NCBI GenBank assembly: GCA_021772515.1 | Contig: JAJFLU010000033.1 | Location: 28,106 to 92,105, forward strand | Origin: Opitutales bacterium | Lineage (GTDB): Bacteria; Verrucomicrobiota; Verrucomicrobiia; Opitutales; UBA2987 | Length of the DNA stretch: 64,000 nt | Reading direction: 5' to 3' | Shown: one piece after another, positions 27,742 to 35,502 of the stretch | Numbering within the stretch: the first letter of the stretch is position 1 | How the letters are laid out: each line of letters starts with the position of its first letter | Notes under the pieces: generated by a model | The model's database searches: none | Seen by the model: the letters and a program-made list of their open reading frames with translations, nothing else | What the model was told of the DNA's origin: nothing | Translations under genes and position numbers: made by a program

Positions 27742-28865
27742 GAAGCCCGGACTTTCTCCCCGATGGCCTCGGCCATTTGCAAGGTCGTCGCCTGCCCACC
27801 CATGTCATAGGTCCGCACACGGCCTTCCATAATAACGGCGGCAACGGCTTCCTCCAGTCGATTGCCCATATCCTCCTCCCCAAGCCAATCGAGCATCATT
27901 TTGGCGGCCAAAATGGTCGCGATCGGGTTGACTTTCCAGAGGCCATCATATTTCGGGGCCGAACCGTGGGTGGGCTCGAATACCGCCATTTCCCGACCGA
28001 TGTTGCCCGAACAACCGAACCCGAGGCCACCCACCATCTGCGCAGCCAGATCGGAGATGATGTCGCCGTATAAATTCGGGGCCACGAGCACATCGTAATT
28101 GTGTGGGTTTTTCTGCAGCCACATACAAATGGCATCGATATTGGCGGAGTCCATGGGAATGTCCGGGTACTCTTTGGCAATTTCCCCAGCCTCCTCGAGG
28201 AAAAGGCCATCCGTTGCGCGAACAACATTCGCCTTGTGGACGACAGTTACCTTTTTACGTTTGTTTTCCCTGGCAAACTCGAATGCGGCCCGCAGAATAC
28301 CAACGGAACCTTTTCTGGTGTTTATTTTGCAGGAGATCGCATATTCATCGCCGGGTAAATCCTTGAAAGCAGAAAATGGGGGCGAAATTTTTTCAAGGAG
28401 ATCGGCCAACTCTGGAGGGACGGGGTTGAATTCGACTCCGGAATAGAGATCCTCGGTATTTTCCCGAAAAATGACCAGATCGATTTCCTCTTTGAAATTT
28501 AGCGGATTCCCGGCGTAGGATTTGCAGGGTCTCAAACAGGTGTAAAGGTCCAGCAACTGGCGCATCCGCACGATTGGTGAGCGATAAACGAGGCCTGTCC
28601 CTTGGAGCGCGGGGGCCAATTCGGCTGCGGCCGCCTTGGCTGGTTTCGAGGTTATCGCTCCGAACATGGCGGCATCGACGTTTTTCAGGAGATCGAGAGT
28701 TCGCTCCGGCAGGGCATCTCCCTCGTTTTGCCAGAATTCCCAGCCGATGTCTCCCGGTAAATACTCCGCCTCCAATCCGACGCCCTCCAGGACCAGTCTG
28801 GCGGCTGCCATAACCTCTTTGCCAATGCCGTCTCCAGGCAGCCAGGCGATTCGATATTTACTCAT
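27738..28865 (-). CDS. Isocitrate/isopropylmalate dehydrogenase family beta-decarboxylating dehydrogenase
   Basis: LPGDGIGKEV, RENTEDLYSG and NLYGDIISDLAAQMVGGLG are present. Its stop overlaps the start of the lyase gene. Confidence 0.85.
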   Translation of the reverse strand: MSKYRIAWLPGDGIGKEVMAAARLVLEGVGLEAEYLPGDIGWEFWQNEGDALPERTLDLLKNVDAAMFGAITSKPAKAAAAELAPALQGTGLVYRSPIVRMRQLLDLYTCLRPCKSYAGNPLNFKEEIDLVIFRENTEDLYSGVEFNPVPPELADLLEKISPPFSAFKDLPGDEYAISCKINTRKGSVGILRAAFEFARENKRKKVTVVHKANVVRATDGLFLEEAGEIAKEYPDIPMDSANIDAICMWLQKNPHNYDVLVAPNLYGDIISDLAAQMVGGLGFGCSGNIGREMAVFEPTHGSAPKYDGLWKVNPIATILAAKMMLDWLGEEDMGNRLEEAVAAVIMEGRVRTYDMGGQATTLQMAEAIGEKVRAS

Positions 28866-29070
28866 AATTCGCTGATACCGGTTAACAATACGCTGGTTTC
28901 AAAAATTGCATCAAACAAAGCGGACAAGAGCGCAGATTGCTCATTCAGGAATATACATCCAAAAAGAAAAGATACAAGTAACCGGATAAATTAACCCAAA
29001 AAAACCAAAGTGGACGGGTCTGAATTGACGGACGAGGCGATCCGGGATAGGTTGAAGGTTTAGAAAAAGT

Positions 29071-29979
29071 ATGGATTTGGCGGAATTTATTTTAAGGCAA
29101 TCCCCCATATTGATGGACGGAGCGATGGGCACAGAACTCGCAAATGCCGGACTTGAGATGGGCGGGCAAAACTGTATTTCCCATCCGAAAGAGGTCCTCG
29201 CTATTCATGAAAAATATTCCCGAATCGGGTGCGACCTCCTTTTAACCAACACCCTGACTATGAACAGGGTTTACATCGAAACCCATGGGTTGAATATCGA
29301 TGTTAAAAAAGTGAATTTGGCCGGGGCCAAACTCGCCAAATCCGCAGCGCGGCCAGGGCAATATGTGCTGGGGGACATCAGCTCGACGGGTCAAATGCTG
29401 GAGCCCTATGGAGAATTTACTGAAACGCAGTTCTGCGAAACCTTCAGGGAACAAGCCGAAACCCTGGCCGCTGGTGACGTGGACGGCTTTATTGTCGAGA
29501 CGATGTTCGACCTGCGCGAGACCCTGTGCGCCGTCCGCGCCTGCCGGGAAGCGGGTTCTTTGCCGGTCTTTGCTTCTCTCTCATTTCAAACTGCCGAACG
29601 CGAGGGCCGCACCATGATGGGCGACTGTGCTCGTGATATAGCGATTGCCTTGGCGAATGCCGAGGTTGCTGCGGTAGGGGCCAATTGCGGGGATATCGAT
29701 CCCCACGAGGCCGCCCGTATAGTGGAGATAATGAAGGATGCCGTCGATCTGCCCATTCTGGCGCAGCCGAATGCCGGACTTCCAAAGCTTATTAACGGCC
29801 AGACAATATTTGAAATGACACCAGATGAGTTTGCTAAGGGAATAGCGGCCTGTCTGCACGCCGGCGCCAGCCTGGTGGGAGGTTGCTGCGGCACAACACC
29901 GGAACATATCCAGTGTATCGCTAAACTTATTGAAAACTGGAAGTCCGGGCCGGCCAATGTGTCCGAACACGGGGATTAG
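29071..29979 (+). CDS. Stand-alone homocysteine S-methyltransferase-domain (Zn, thiol-methylating) protein
   Basis: ILMDGAMGTEL, GANCG and GGCCGTTPEHI form the three-Cys zinc site pattern of MetH N-domain/BHMT/MmuM-type enzymes. The stop TAG is formed at the MITE junction. Confidence 0.8.
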   Translation: MDLAEFILRQSPILMDGAMGTELANAGLEMGGQNCISHPKEVLAIHEKYSRIGCDLLLTNTLTMNRVYIETHGLNIDVKKVNLAGAKLAKSAARPGQYVLGDISSTGQMLEPYGEFTETQFCETFREQAETLAAGDVDGFIVETMFDLRETLCAVRACREAGSLPVFASLSFQTAEREGRTMMGDCARDIAIALANAEVAAVGANCGDIDPHEAARIVEIMKDAVDLPILAQPNAGLPKLINGQTIFEMTPDEFAKGIAACLHAGASLVGGCCGTTPEHIQCIAKLIENWKSGPANVSEHGD

Positions 29980-30251
29980 AACCTATCTCAAATTCGATGA
30001 TGATGATGCAGAGAGCAATTATGTGCTTGGAGCAAGGCGCGACGGGGCTTGCAGGGCTGGAAGCCCTGCTGACCCGTCGGAACGCTGCTCAAACTCATAA
30101 TTGCCTCTGTCCGAAGGATTTGTGCGGCACGGTAGCACCTGCGGCGTTGGTTTGCACCCGAAGGGCGTCAGCCCATCGGTATGCAAATCCGCCTGGCATC
30201 TGCCACCGTTGCGCTACAAACATCATTCATCCGCGAATTTGAGATAGGTTC
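29979..30251. mobile_element. 273-bp MITE-like element with 18-bp perfect terminal inverted repeats and flanking TA
   Basis: GAACCTATCTCAAATTCG (29979-29996) and CGAATTTGAGATAGGTTC (30234-30251) are perfect inverted repeats. TA sits on both sides (29977-78, 30252-53). The left about 70 nt recur at 53970-54047. No convincing ORF is present. Confidence 0.7.
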
Positions 30252-30254
30252 TAG

Positions 30255-31337
30255 TCAGTATCCGCAAACATCGAGCGCGGTTGAGAGGTGCAGTTCGAGT
30301 TTTTCTTCGGGCATATCCTCGACGTGCTCGATGGTGAATATTTTATTGCCACAATCGCTCAGAATGGACGAGTAACCGCCAATGAGTTCCTCTTTGCTCG
30401 CCCAGGCAAGATGCGCGGGAAGATTCACGAATGGCACCTTGTCTGGCCACAAACGCCGGGCCTCCCGTAATGAAACGTCGCCGATTGGAGGGATTGAAAC
30501 GGAATCGATTACCTGAAATGGCGAATCGGTTATTTCATCCTTCAAGTGTCCGAAAAGGCCGTCAAAATGAACGGCCAGGATTTTTCCGGTCCCCGAAAGG
30601 GCGGAGGAATAGATTTCGTAGATGGGCAAACAGTAATCCCGATAGTATCGCGGTGAAATGGTGTTGGTTATATTGTCGATGCAAAGGATATGTTCCGATG
30701 GACAACCAGCCGTGATTTCCGCTGCTTTCTCGTGGAATAGCCTTTGAGTCTCAAAATATTCCAGGCATTCAGCAATTTCATCGGCGATATCCAGCGCGAT
30801 TCGCTCGATCGATGCCAACTCGATCCATGCGCGTTGAAATGGAGTTTTGTCAACGACTCCGATCGTGTAGCCGGCGTCTCCCAGGGTATCGAGATCCCGC
30901 TCCATTTCAGTATAATTCGGGCGCAGGCGGTCGGTCATGGCGGCAAAGATGTAGTTGATCACCCGCCAGTCGGAAGGCTCTTTGACAAACGCACTTTCCA
31001 TCGATCCGGTAAGCAGTCCGATATCGGGGTTGTGACCGACCACCGAATGCACGGACCCGATGGGGGTTTCCAGAGTGTGGCGAGTTTTGCGGACACCCGC
31101 CTCGCGGTAATTGGTGCGCGAATAGGTGACAGTATCGACATCGGGATCGATGGCATGGTCGAAAAAGAACATTGGGCGGTAGGGCGGAACAATATGTGAG
31201 ATCGCCATGCCTCGCGCCGAAAGCCGCCGCACCCACCCGCCAGACGGACCCGAACGGACTCCATCTGCGGCTAAAACATTCGGCTTATCGGGTGTTTCGC
31301 CGTGCAGGACACAAAGGTGTCGCTCGCGAGGTGTCAT
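30255..31337 (-). CDS. Uroporphyrinogen-decarboxylase (URO-D) family protein, MtaA/CmuA-like methyltransferase candidate
   Basis: The N-terminus MTPRERHLCVLHGETPDKP resembles the MT2-type URO-D family start. The 360-aa protein carries VHFDG at the position where CoM methylases carry H-x-C-G, judged by an alignment by eye. Confidence 0.6.
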   Translation of the reverse strand: MTPRERHLCVLHGETPDKPNVLAADGVRSGPSGGWVRRLSARGMAISHIVPPYRPMFFFDHAIDPDVDTVTYSRTNYREAGVRKTRHTLETPIGSVHSVVGHNPDIGLLTGSMESAFVKEPSDWRVINYIFAAMTDRLRPNYTEMERDLDTLGDAGYTIGVVDKTPFQRAWIELASIERIALDIADEIAECLEYFETQRLFHEKAAEITAGCPSEHILCIDNITNTISPRYYRDYCLPIYEIYSSALSGTGKILAVHFDGLFGHLKDEITDSPFQVIDSVSIPPIGDVSLREARRLWPDKVPFVNLPAHLAWASKEELIGGYSSILSDCGNKIFTIEHVEDMPEEKLELHLSTALDVCGY

Positions 31338-31377
31338 TATCCAGTCCGAAGTTTAGTAATGGAAATATAAAGATTTT

Positions 31378-32766
31378 TCAAGATTCGCTGAGGGCATATT
31401 CTTCGGGCAAAAAACGGCTGCGGTCAACTTGGGCTAATTGCTGGCTGATGAAGGCCTCCTCGCTGTCGGGTAAAGATTCGATGCCTTCCTTAATCCGGTC
31501 AAACCAAACGATTTCCTGGGGATTAATTTTGAGCTGACCGTTTTTATGTCCATCGCGCAGAAGCGAAATGGCGGTGTGAGCGGCCGCTTTTCCGGCGGCG
31601 TAATAGTCGTCGGACTCAACGATGGCGCGGGCGATGGCGAGAATGTTCTCCGGCGCCAGAATGAAAGCCTGTGGGTCGAGAGAGGAATCGGAGTCCACAA
31701 GCAGTTTGCGGTAAGCGAGCGATGAGTCTGGGCCATCTGCCAGAGCGCGGTTCATGATCCGACAATCGTAAATCAGTTGCTCAAGATAGCAGGTGGGCGC
31801 CATTCCCCCGAGTAGTTTGATATTTTGCACCGATTCGTTGGACCATGTGTCACAGGTCGCTGCGGCGATGTTTCCCATCGGGCTGAAATGCGCGCAGGCA
31901 GCGGTCTTTCCTTCCATCGCCATCGGATAGCCGGTAATCGCCTTGAGGATGGGGTTTTCATAACCGCAATCCTTTCCGGGGCCCACCGCACCGCATTCGT
32001 AGGCGACCAAGGAACGCACTGCGCTGACGGCGCGGACGACAGCGGCAAACAGGCGCGGGATCATCCGCTGTTCGGCCAGAGCCATTGCCGTATTGGCAAA
32101 TCCGCAGGCGGTGTCACCAGCACAATGAACACCGTGCCGGTCGGCAATTTCGGTAAGATGCGTCCATAGAAACTGCATGTCGCGCGCGCCGAGAACGCAA
32201 AGCGCAAAAATTACCTGACCAATATCGCACATGAGCAGGGCATCGTCGTGTATCTCCTTGCCGCCGACCGATTCGATGCTGAGTAACTCGCCCCCCGCCG
32301 CCGCCGATTCGTCGAACAGAGTAAGCATTTGTTCCCAATATTTGCCACCGCGCATTTGGGGAGGGCGCATAAAATCACGATTATCGTTTGGTGTAACCCG
32401 GAGAACGCTTTTCAGACTCTCCTTGCTCCAGGCTTCTTCCATGCCTTCGAGGAGAATTTTCACCACATCGAGACCCCAATCGGGATTTTCAGTCATGGGA
32501 GGAAGGGTCTCAAATTCAATGACCACTCCCGGAGCTTGCAGTTCAACCGCCCGTTTGAGCGCTCCGGTTATGATTTCTTGATAATGACGCCGAACAAGTG
32601 GCATGGTGGAGGCATCGACCACCATCGCGGGGAGGGTGAAATTCAGTTCTGGATAAACGACGCCTCCTCCAATTACCATTCCCCTCCGGGTGGTGAGCGG
32701 TTTCGGAGCCCGTCCAAAACAGAGTTCGTCGGCATTGTTGATGGCTAGTTGCTGGTAATGTTTCAT
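31378..32766 (-). CDS. mtaB: Methanol:corrinoid methyltransferase MtaB homologue
   Basis: The 462-aa protein is collinear with my recollection of Methanosarcina MtaB. Shared blocks are LLSIESVGGKE, AGDTACGFANTAM, VRSLVAYECGAVGPGKDCGYENPILKAITGYPMAMEGKTAACAH and CDTWSNESV. Confidence 0.85.
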   Translation of the reverse strand: MKHYQQLAINNADELCFGRAPKPLTTRRGMVIGGGVVYPELNFTLPAMVVDASTMPLVRRHYQEIITGALKRAVELQAPGVVIEFETLPPMTENPDWGLDVVKILLEGMEEAWSKESLKSVLRVTPNDNRDFMRPPQMRGGKYWEQMLTLFDESAAAGGELLSIESVGGKEIHDDALLMCDIGQVIFALCVLGARDMQFLWTHLTEIADRHGVHCAGDTACGFANTAMALAEQRMIPRLFAAVVRAVSAVRSLVAYECGAVGPGKDCGYENPILKAITGYPMAMEGKTAACAHFSPMGNIAAATCDTWSNESVQNIKLLGGMAPTCYLEQLIYDCRIMNRALADGPDSSLAYRKLLVDSDSSLDPQAFILAPENILAIARAIVESDDYYAAGKAAAHTAISLLRDGHKNGQLKINPQEIVWFDRIKEGIESLPDSEEAFISQQLAQVDRSRFLPEEYALSES

Positions 32767-32816
32767 CTATCGACCTCTTTGATTTTGCAGGGAGGTGAAC
32801 GAGGTTTCGCTCTTTA

Positions 32817-33926
32817 TCAATAGCTGCCGTATTTATCTACCAGTCGGATGATTTCCTGATAGGTCTGCCAGCTCACTTGTGGTGGCACCGAATGATCGGA
32901 ATGGAAGGCGTAGTTTTGGGCGGCTTTACCGGCGGCAAACTTGGTCGCGATTTCCTCCTCCAAAGCATCCACATCATTGGTTGCCATGAGTTGGGCATTG
33001 ATATTGCCCAAAAAAGCGAGCCGGTCACCGTAGATCGGGCAAAGTTTGCGGACATCCATGCCGGCTTTTGCCTCGAGGGGCTGCAGGCAGTCGAATCCTG
33101 CTTCAACATAAAGATCGAGCACGTTATTTATATTTCCATCGGTGTGGTAGATGAATTTCATGCCGTGCTCATGGGCCCAATCCACCAGCCGTTTATGGTC
33201 GGGCCAGATGAGTTCGCGATACATTTTTGGCGAACACACCGTCGAGTGGTTGTAGGCCATGTCCCCAAAAATCCAAAGACCATCAGGTTCGATTCCGATC
33301 TCCAGCCCGGCCTCGAAATTCATCAGCAGCATATCAGTAAAGGTGCGGGATATATCCTGAATCCATTCCGGCTCCTCAATCATGGCCATCAAACCGACTT
33401 CATCTCCAATGATAGCACGAAGAAATTCAAACGTTTCCACACCGGCCAGAAAACACCAGCGTCCGGCTCGGCGGCCGATTGCATAATCCTCCTTGATTTT
33501 TTCGAGATTCATCTGGTTACCGTTTTCAATGAGCTTCGGTTTAAAACGCTGGTACCAGACTTCCGGGGTTTTGCATTCAAATCCTAAATGCTCGGGCGTT
33601 CCGGATTTGTTTTTCCATAGCCGGACTGTGGCGCCAAAAGGATCCCGCAGGACATGAGTTTCATCATCCTCTTCAATAACGAGGTATTCTCCTTTGTGAA
33701 AATCATCCTTCTCTATAACGGAAGAAGCTCCCGAATAAATGGCCGGCCAGTTCATACTTAAGCGATGGAAGTCGGAATCGAGCAAATCCAGAAAATCATT
33801 GAGATCGCCCTCGAAATCTTCGCCCTGCCAGCGGACGAGGGTTTCCTTCCATAGTTGTTCAAACCGAGGCACCCGGTCGTGGTCCTGCCGGGCGAACATG
33901 CGGTTTACTCTTTCCTGCCCATTCAT
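32817..33926 (-). CDS. URO-D family protein, MtaA-like methylcorrinoid methyltransferase candidate
   Basis: MNGQERVNRMFARQDHDRVPRFE is a typical URO-D-family methyltransferase N-terminus. The 369-aa protein carries YHTDGN instead of an H-x-C-G zinc motif. Confidence 0.7.
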   Translation of the reverse strand: MNGQERVNRMFARQDHDRVPRFEQLWKETLVRWQGEDFEGDLNDFLDLLDSDFHRLSMNWPAIYSGASSVIEKDDFHKGEYLVIEEDDETHVLRDPFGATVRLWKNKSGTPEHLGFECKTPEVWYQRFKPKLIENGNQMNLEKIKEDYAIGRRAGRWCFLAGVETFEFLRAIIGDEVGLMAMIEEPEWIQDISRTFTDMLLMNFEAGLEIGIEPDGLWIFGDMAYNHSTVCSPKMYRELIWPDHKRLVDWAHEHGMKFIYHTDGNINNVLDLYVEAGFDCLQPLEAKAGMDVRKLCPIYGDRLAFLGNINAQLMATNDVDALEEEIATKFAAGKAAQNYAFHSDHSVPPQVSWQTYQEIIRLVDKYGSY

Positions 33927-33956
33927 GATATTTTTCCGGTTAGAATTTGAGGAAAA

Positions 33957-34586
33957 TCAAGAGGCAATCAGTTTGCGAACCAAGTCGACTGCGCTGGCCG
34001 CGTCAGAAGCGTATCCGTCGGCCCCGATTTCGTCGGCATAATCCTGGGTCACAGGGGCGCCCCCAAGGACGATTTTCACTCTGCTATCTGACGTTTTACG
34101 AATCGCTTCAACGGTAATTTTCATGTTCGGCATGGTGGTGGTCAACAAGGCGGAAAGCCCCACAATATCCGGTTTGTGTGTAACCACGGCTTCGGCAAAC
34201 TTTTCGGGTGGAACATTGGTTCCCAAATCGATCACCTTGAAGTTGGCTCCGCGCCACATCATGCCGACAAGGTTTTTCCCGATATCGTGCAGATCTCCCG
34301 TCACCGTGCCAATGACGGCGGTGTATTCCGGTTGAATGCCGGCGGCGACCAATACCGGCTCAAGGATGGCCATGCTTTCCTTCATGGCGCGAGCCGCAAT
34401 GAGCACTTCGGGGACAAATATAGCGTTTGCCTTGAAGCGGCGCCCGACGTCATCCATGCCCTTCACGAGCGCATCAAGGATGTCCTGCGGAGGCAGTTTC
34501 GCCGAGAGCGCGTCTTCCACACTACTTACCGCCGAATTGCGATTTCCTTGCTTTACAGCTTCTTCCAAAGATAACAAAAAACTCAT
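33957..34586 (-). CDS. Corrinoid (B12-binding) protein, MtaC-like
   Basis: It shows the four-helix cap plus Rossmann pattern. The base-off/His-on signature is present: GDLHDIGKN (DxHxxG), GLSALLTTT (SxL) and VLGGAPV (GG). Length is 209 aa. Confidence 0.85.
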   Translation of the reverse strand: MSFLLSLEEAVKQGNRNSAVSSVEDALSAKLPPQDILDALVKGMDDVGRRFKANAIFVPEVLIAARAMKESMAILEPVLVAAGIQPEYTAVIGTVTGDLHDIGKNLVGMMWRGANFKVIDLGTNVPPEKFAEAVVTHKPDIVGLSALLTTTMPNMKITVEAIRKTSDSRVKIVLGGAPVTQDYADEIGADGYASDAASAVDLVRKLIAS

Positions 34587-34734
34587 ACTGCTACGATGTT
34601 ACAGGCATTATCCAGTTAGTTCAACCAATACTGTAATTTTTTATGTTTTTACGGTAGAATTAGCTGCTGAAAAACTTGATTTCCTTAGATACATAGTTGC
34701 TTTTAATAATTGACTGATCTAAGGACTTCGACCC

Positions 34735-35502
34735 GTGAGCCTGCGCAATGGTCCAATCGAAACTTCCTCCCCTCCCCGGATTTCAGTCCTTGCCTGCGGG
34801 GTTCTGGAAGAGGAGGTGCGCCACTTTTCCAGGGAAACTTCCCAACTTGTCTCCATCCGCGTAATGGAATCGGGACTCCATGATAATCCCGAATATTTGA
34901 GAAACGAATTACAGCGTAATATCGACGAAATTGAGGCCGCCGATAACTGTGATGCCATTGCTCTGGTTTACGGGCTTTGCAGCCGAGGAACCGAGAATCT
35001 TCGCACACGGACCTGTCGGCTCGTTATGGCGCGGGCACACGATTGCATCACCCTGCTGTTGGGGAGCAAAGAACGTTATGCCGACTTTCAGAAAACCCAA
35101 CCGGGCACCTACTGGTATTCGCCGGGCTGGAACAAGAAAATGAATGTCCCGGGAAAAGACCGTTTTGAGAAACTTTATCGCCAATACCTGGAAAAATTCG
35201 GCGAAGACAACGCCGAATATCTGGTAAAAGCCGATAAAGAGGGCCTGGACAGTTACAATTGCGCGGCCTATGTGGACCTCGGGGTTGGCGATTCAGAAAA
35301 GGAATCGCGTTATTGTCGAGATTGCGCCCAGTGGATGGGTTGGGATCACGTCCGCGTGCAGAGCGATTCCAAACTCCTTCGAGATCTCCTCTGCGGAAGG
35401 TGGGACGAACAGCGCTTCCTCGTTCTTGAGCCGGGAGAGACCTTTCGATTCAGCCTGGATGACAATGTTATCAAAGCGGTGAAGTATGAGGAAGAGAAAT
35501 AA
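34735..35502 (+). CDS. DUF1638 domain protein (commonly linked to corrinoid methyltransferase systems)
   Basis: A GTG start gives ...RISVLACGVLEEEVRHF, which I recall as the typical DUF1638 N-terminal pattern. The stop overlaps the RACo start by 1 nt. Confidence 0.65.
   Translation: MSLRNGPIETSSPPRISVLACGVLEEEVRHFSRETSQLVSIRVMESGLHDNPEYLRNELQRNIDEIEAADNCDAIALVYGLCSRGTENLRTRTCRLVMARAHDCITLLLGSKERYADFQKTQPGTYWYSPGWNKKMNVPGKDRFEKLYRQYLEKFGEDNAEYLVKADKEGLDSYNCAAYVDLGVGDSEKESRYCRDCAQWMGWDHVRVQSDSKLLRDLLCGRWDEQRFLVLEPGETFRFSLDDNVIKAVKYEEEK

Noticed and set aside
28866-29070. A search for a cobalamin riboswitch (B12 box) in the leaders of the corrinoid-related genes. The 34587-34734 leader was also checked.
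   Set aside because: I could recognise no B12-box-like GCCACTG core or conserved GC-rich helices. Both spacers are AT-rich and promoter-like. A covariance-model scan would be needed to be definitive.
29997-30008. (ATG)n/(GAT)n triplet runs at 29997-30008 and 53988-54002, and other short repeats, considered as a CRISPR or phase-variation tract.
   Set aside because: There is no repeat-spacer periodicity anywhere in the window. The triplet runs are in-frame microsatellites inside the MITE and cannot shift the frame.
29997-30242. An 81-aa ORF (MMMMQRAIMCLEQ...) inside the MITE.
   Set aside because: It spans the element from TIR to TIR, has no RBS and no recognisable fold. The element is better explained as non-autonomous. 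Only its first codons matter, where the fragment at 53988-54047 is fused to the kelch gene.
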